Source: Amoeboradix gromovi X-113 (Eukaryota > Fungi > Sanchytriomycota). From it: a DNA stretch of 13,323 nucleotides. The first letter of the stretch is position 1. The number at the start of each line of letters is the position of its first letter. Where the stretch lies: contig JADGIF010000236.1 of NCBI GenBank assembly GCA_018985225.1, forward strand, positions 1 through 13,323. Direction: 5' to 3'. Made by a program: the position numbers and the translations under genes. The notes beneath the pieces were generated by a model, which was not told where the DNA came from, made no database searches, and saw only the letters and a list, made by a program, of their open reading frames with translations. This document shows, piece after piece, positions 7,266 through 13,323 of the stretch.

Positions 7266-9576
7266 ATGAATTTCACAAAACTGCAGTCCAACAGCTTGAA
7301 CGAATTGATTGTAGTAAGCAACAGACTACCAGTAACAATCACGAAATGCGAAAGCGGCAGGTTTAAATACTCCATGTCTTCAGGTGGTCTAGTTAGTGCG
7401 CTAAGTGGATTAGCAAAGGAAATGACTTTTAAATGGATCGGCTGGACAGGTATTGAGATTCCAAATGATGAACAAGCTACCGTTATAAAAGAACTTGCGG
7501 AACTGAACTGTATCCCTGTGTTTATGCCTGATGATACAGCTGAACTGTTTTACAATGGTTTTTCAAATTCTATAATTTGGCCTCTATTTCATTATACACC
7601 GGGTGATTTAAATTTTGATCAAAGTATGTGGGAAGCGTACAAACACGCGAACTATTTATTTGCCAACACGTTGCGTGATAATATCAGTGACTCAACGATG
7701 ATCTGGGTCCAGGATTATCATTTGATGCTTCTACCAGAACTACTGCGTAAATCCAATCCATATTGCAATATCGGATTCTTCTTACACACTCCGTTTCCTA
7801 GTAGCGAAGTATATCGCATTTTGCCTGTTCGCACTGAAATCCTTCATGGATTATTAAACTGCAACTTGATAGGTTTTCACACTTTTGATTATGCTAGGCA
7901 CTTTTTGAGTAGCTGCACGCGCATATTAGGACTGCAGACCAGTCCGAACGGTGTTGAATACAAAGATCGACGAGTAACTGTAGGCGTGTTCCCAATAGGA
8001 ATTGACCCTGAGAAATTTAAACAGGGCCTAGAAAGCGATTCTATTAAGCAGAGAATCTCTCATCTTAAGTCAAAATTCGAGAACGTTAAATTGATGGTTG
8101 GTGTAGACAGATTAGACTACATCAAAGGCGTTCCTCAAAAACTGCACGCTTTTGACGCTTTTCTAAGTAAACACCCTGAGTGGATTGGCAAGGTCGTTCT
8201 TGTCCAAGTTGCTGTACCTTCTAGAACTGATGTTGAAGAATATATTCAACTGCGTAACAACGTAAATCAACTTGTTGGCGAGATTAACGGTAAATACGGT
8301 ACTATAGAGTTCAGTCCTATCCATTTCTTGAACAAATCTGTTGAATTTGAAGAATTGACTGCCCTGTATGCAGCCTGTGATGTCTGCTTAGTTACTTCTA
8401 CCCGCGATGGTATGAATTTAGTCAGTTATGAGTATATCTGTTGCCAAGCTGATAACCACGGTGTGCTAGTACTTAGCGAGTTTGCTGGTGCTGCTCAATC
8501 AATGAATGGTGCCATAATTATTAATCCATGGAATACAGAAGATGTTGCTCAGGCTTACCATGACGCTCTAACCATGTCTGCCACTTCTAAAAAAGAGTCT
8601 CACGGAAAGCTGTATCGATACGTTAACAAATATACAGCTGCCTATTGGGGCCAATCTTTTGTGAATGAGCTGCGACGAGTCATTGATGAGACACAGACAC
8701 ATGGCGAACTGAAGCTGCTAAAGCAGAGCCATGTTATGAGTTTGTTTAATAACATAGGCAAAAAAGTGATACTTCTAGACTATGATGGAACCCTAACAAG
8801 CAACTCCATAAAAATGCCCGAATTTGCAAATCCTTCGAGACTTGTGCTGGCTACTTTACAAAGACTTGCTCAATTGCCAGATGTATACGTCTATGTCTTA
8901 AGTGGCAGAAGCAGATATGTATTAGACAAATGGTTCAGTTCAACTGGTGTAGGATTGGTTGCAGAGCACGGATGCTTTTATAAGCACCCTGAAAAGATCA
9001 GGATGAATTTAACGCCTACTGGAGACATGATTAAGACATTAGAAAAACAAGCAAAGCCGTCATTAGTGGATGACAAATGGATACGATTAGTCGATGATAT
9101 GGACTTGAGCTATAGAGATTCAATCAAACCATTATTTGAGCATTTCTTGGAGAGAACACCAGGTTCTTACATCGAGGAGAAAGAAGTACTATTTGCTAAT
9201 CTAGATTAACATTACTTGGCACTATAAGAATGCTGATCCTGAATTTGGCAAGTGGCAAGCTGCAGAGTTGCAAGTAAACTTGGAAAAGTTATTGAGCCAT
9301 ATTCCGTTGAGTATTGTACTAAATCAAAAGTGCTTAGAGCTACGACCTTGTAACGTTGACAAAGCAATTGCTACCAAAAGCATTTTACATGATTTGGAAG
9401 ATGTCGCTTTTATTCTTTGTATCGGGGATGGTAAAACCGATGAGGTAGTATTTGAAATGCTCAAGGAATACAAGAATGCTATATCCGTAACTGTCGGCAA
9501 GAAGAGGTCAGAAGCAGAATATTATATCGAGGATGTGTTTGGCGTGCAAGAGTTGCTAGAGCTACTTGTCCAATAA
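7266..9576 (+). CDS. TPS1: Fused trehalose-6-phosphate synthase (Tps1-like GT20) / trehalose-6-phosphate phosphatase (HAD), 2 exons (7266..9185, 9205..9576), ~763 aa
   Basis: VVSNRLP, SSGGLVSAL, YNGFSN.IIWPLFHY, WVQDYHL, FFLHTPFPSSE, GVDRLDYIKGVPQKL and RDGMNLVSYEY in the synthase domain. HAD domain has LLDYDGTL, LSGR, AEHG, EEKE|INITWHYKNADPEFG and CIGDGKTDE. The ORF-track start 7233 is GTG; the first ATG is 7266. Confidence 0.95.
9186..9204 (+). other. 19-nt spliceosomal intron GTACTATTTGCTAATCTAG (phase 0)
   Basis: GT...CTAAT.TAG. Removal restores the phosphatase-domain motif EEKEINITWHY.NADPEFG and is in frame with ORF 9268..9576. Confidence 0.93.
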
Positions 9577-9613
9577 ACCATATATAGGAACATGTTATGC
9601 GTATGTATACAAA

Positions 9614-12600
9614 TCAGTTTACTTTGTTTGAATTGTCATATCTGTCCACATTGGACATTCCGTCCTTGAAATTAGTTTTAAACAAAACATCTGCGTTAGC
9701 AAACATTCCCTGCTTTAGACTAACTACTATAAACTGCGATCCACTGAACCTTGTTCTTAATATTTGGCCAATATTCTGGGTATGCGAGATATCTAACGCT
9801 ATGTTAGTGTAAAATACCAGCGTCCACCTCATCCAATATATACAGTGGAGATGTCTTGAACTGCAGCAGGCTTAATATAAGTGATATGGCAACTAGAGAG
9901 CGCTGTCCACCACTCAACTCGCTCAAACTTTCCTTCCACTTCCCATTTAGCTCAATTCCAATCTCGCATCCTTCTACTACACCACTAGGTAAAGGGATTA
10001 GTTTAGCAGTGCTCCCTGGTAGTATACCTGATAATATCTTACCAAATGAGTCAGTTACCTCTCTCCAAGTCTGTTCGACAGCTGTCAACTTGTGCTTGTC
10101 CAATTCTTCAATAGCGCCTTCAATTTTACACTTGTCAGCCTGCACCTGGGTTAACATTGTGGCCAGCTTCAGTTCTTCTTGTTCTGCAACATCGATCATG
10201 CTCATTACCTGCTGATTAACATTCAATTTCAGCAAATTGTGTTGTTGCTGCATCTTCAACAACAACTCGTTTTCTACAAGCAGATCATAACCACTTTGTA
10301 TGTCTATTAGCTCAGGGTCACTTTTTGCCAGTTCTTTAATTCTTCTGTTAGTTTTACCGATTTCTTGTTCCCAGACTGAACAGCCATGCTCACATTCTTG
10401 CTGCTGCAGTACTAGGTCGTTCAGTTGCTGATTCAGTAATTGTTCTTGTGCTAGTAACTGCTGTAATTGTTGTTTATACTGATCAGTGAGCGATAAGGAC
10501 TCATTGTATTCCATATCAATGGCATTGAATTTCAATTGGCAGCTATTGTATTCAGTTTGTGCAAGTTTTAGCTGATTTCTCAAAGACTGCAACTGATCAT
10601 TAAAGCCTGAAATGGTTTTGTTGGATTCCTTGACGTTTATGGATAATTGATCTAACTCGGTCATAAATTGGTCAAAGAGAGCAGACTGTTTCTTGAAGAT
10701 TGATTCTGCAGCACTGTACTCTTTTTGTTTCACAGCTAAATCGCTTTTACTGGCATTTGTAGATGTGCTGTTAGAATACTCCTGTGCTTGTTTAAAGTGT
10801 TCCACTTGCAGCTTTTGCTTGTTCAGCAAGTCTTGATGTCTATTTAGTTCATCCAAATGATCTTTGGAATTACTAATTGTTAGATTTAATTCACCCTTAG
10901 TGATTTTACTACAAATTAGCATGTACTGTTGCTGTTGCTGTACCAGCTCATCGTGTATTCGTACCGAGGAAGCTAACAGGTTGCTTGTAGATTCTATTTT
11001 GGCGTCTATACTTTTTAATTGATGTTGGTACTGTTCATAATCTACTTGTAATACTTGCAAGTCTTGAAATCTCGATATTATTAGATCTCTGGGTGCTGAC
11101 CCACCGCTTACAGTCCCACTTGGATCATACACATCCCCATCTAATGTAACACATTTTATTAGTATTTGTTTGTTGAACGAGACCTGCTCAGCCATTTTAG
11201 AATTGGTGCAAAATAAAACATTTCCAAAACAATAATCAATAACCTGCTTATATTCAATAGGATATTCTATAATATCATGTATACTGTATATAGAGTTGTT
11301 GCTAAGCTGTTTAGCTAATTTTAACTTTGCTGCGTTCATGGGTTTCGTATTCAAAGTGTTTAAAGGAACAAATGATTGCCTTTGTTCTAGCCGTATATTC
11401 TTTAATATATATGCAGCGACCTCATCTCTTTCTACCACTATATGCTTCAACCTGGCACCGCCAGCAATAGAAATGGCTAAATGGTACTTTGAGTCGCATT
11501 TAATAAAACTACCTATGCATCCAACCAACCCCTTCAGGTTGGGATATTTAAGTGGTAGCTCCATTACGCTGTATATGCTCCTCAAAGGTCGTTTTATCTG
11601 ATTTAAATCATTTCGTATTTTGTCTACCTTGCTGCTTATAGACTTCTTATCACTATTTAGCAGCTGCAGTTCTTGTTTGTATTGACCTTGTTGGGCAACG
11701 TATCCACCAGTCAGCACCTGTATTTGAGACTCATAATCATCCAAGTGAAACTGCTTATCGCTGCTCTTGTTTACCAGCTCCAATGAAGATTGCACAATTC
11801 TGTTTTTAGCGGACTCCAACTCCGATAATTTACTTGTCGCATCTAGATATCTTTTTTCATGATATCCATTCCATTCCTGCTGAAGCAAGTCAATTTTATT
11901 CTGTATTAAAATCACCTCATTTGTAGCATGTTTCAACAGCTGATCAATTCTCTCTAGTTCAACATCTAACTCACCATTAGCCATAGATGACAGTATATTG
12001 AGTTTTGCAAGAGCATTATCTTTCACCAGCTTGGCACTGTTATAGTCGGATTCAACAGATTGTTTATTTGTTGTTAGCTCATCCAGTTTGCTTTGAAATT
12101 GATTTAGTGTTGTAAACTCCTGCTCTTTATCCAATTGCAACTGATTTATGTCTTTAGTAATGAAATTGACATTAGATTCGCATTTCGCTAGTTCCAGTTT
12201 GGCTGATTTGTATTGTGCTGAGAGTGATTTGTTTTCAATTAGTGATGTTTTTTTTAAGAGCTTTAATTCGTTGCAGATAGAGGAAAGCTGAGATTCCAGC
12301 ATAGCTTTATTAGCATTTAAATTGTTTAACACTGATTGCTTGGACTGAAAGTCAGCGGTGATTTGCTCCAGATGATTCGATTTCATGGTAAATTCCAGGT
12401 TGATGATGAACTTTATTTTCTCTTCCAATTCAACAGACAGCTGTTTAAGTGCTAAATAGTCGTTCCGCTGTTGTTGGTATTCTTTAATTTTGGGTAAAAC
12501 TTCATTTTCTAATGTATCGCTGATCTCTTGCACTTTTACATTCTTCTTATTCAGAACTTTGGAAGCATTGTCTTTCCGCTGCTCATAGTGAAGAGTTCCA

Positions 12601-13109
12601 GCAGCTTCCTTTAATAAGAGAGATAATTCGTGGGGCTTCATCATTATAATCTTAGTAATTTTGCCTTGAAAGATGATATAATTGTTTGGAGTAGCAGGAT
12701 TTAACCCAATGGATGCAAAAAGGCTTTGGATTTGGATATTGTTAATTGAATTACCATTTAAAAGGTATTTGGTTTTGTTTGGTAGTGAGCAAACACGTGT
12801 GATGGTAATTTCGTCTAAGTTATCAAAACCAATAGGACTTTTAGTTTTATCCTGGTTGTTGAATATCAAGGAAACAGAGGCACGTTTAACATGCGCATTT
12901 CCCTGTTTATATATTAAATCACTTAAATGTGTGCATCTCATAAGAGATAAATCCTTACAACCAATTACAAAAGTAATTGCATCTAGTATATTGGATTTCC
13001 CACTACCATTCAGACCAGATATACAATTGAAGTTTGCAGAGAATGGGCCTATGGTCGTTTTACCGCTGTAACTTTTAAATCCATCAACCTGAATAGATTG
13101 AAGATACAT
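9614..13109 (-). CDS. SMC2: Condensin subunit SMC2, 2 exons (13109..9818, 9798..9614), ~1158 aa
   Basis: [14 protein letters not shown], Walker [29 protein letters not shown], hinge [32 protein letters not shown], Walker B/D-loop YILDEVDA|[11 protein letters not shown] and [19 protein letters not shown]. These are SMC2-specific signatures. Confidence 0.96.
9799..9817 (-). other. 19-nt spliceosomal intron GTATTTTACACTAACATAG (phase 1)
   Basis: Canonical CTAAC branch motif. Removal restores [16 protein letters not shown]. Confidence 0.95.
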
Positions 13110-13323
13110 GGAGGTTTGAAATTGACACCTGTGACATGCTCTACAAAAACTAGACAAAACAAAATGTATCGAAATTTCAAAAATAAACAGTCTGTATAGC
13201 TATTCTTTTGCCCTTTCATCCAGTCTTTATTTTAGATTTGTACGGTAACTATTGACTTATGATTTCAAATACAATTCAATCAGAGTTGAAAGAAGAGGAT
13301 TGCCACTTACAAAACATGAAAAG

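Noticed and set aside
3160-9817. Frameshifts or pseudogenisation of ERO1, TPS, SMC2 and the spermidine-synthase-like gene
   Set aside because: Each break is explained exactly by a GT-AG intron whose removal restores a conserved motif.
112-13071. Short antisense or alternate-frame ORFs (112..396, 1977..2165, 3164..3355, 3352..3636, 4394..4732, 9597..9812, 9856..10215, 11296..11601, 12682..13071)
   Set aside because: Shadows of well-supported genes on the opposite strand with no independent protein signal.
13259-13323. Possible start of a + strand gene (MISNTIQSELKEEDCHLQNMK...) divergent from SMC2
   Set aside because: Only ~21 codons before the window ends and no recognisable motif. Cannot be supported.
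1-13323. Bacterial origin, CRISPR array or Cas12f locus
   Set aside because: Flanking genes are eukaryote-specific with spliceosomal introns. No repeat-spacer array, tRNA or rRNA was seen.

Overview
AT-rich, very gene-dense eukaryotic DNA. The proteins look fungal or early-diverging Holomycota-like and are fast-evolving; that taxon assignment is inference. Six host genes are present: a membrane-anchored spermidine-synthase-like SAM-dependent protein (-), ERO1 (-), prefoldin subunit 6 (-), PUS7 (+), a fused trehalose-6-phosphate synthase/phosphatase (+) and SMC2 (-). Four of them appear broken in the ORF track because each carries an ultra-short GT-AG intron of 19-20 nt with an A exactly 6 nt from the 3' end. 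Two complementary, non-overlapping pieces of a Fanzor2/IS607-type TnpB RNA-guided nuclease face each other across a ~6.2 kb block: the N-terminal part with RuvC-I (<1..433, +) and the C-terminal part with RuvC-II Glu, Zn finger, RuvC-III and a putative omegaRNA/right end (6644..~6214, -). Inverting 434..6643 about a shared GAC would join them in frame. The element's right end lies inside the 3' end of PUS7 and appears to supply its last ~20 codons and stop codon.
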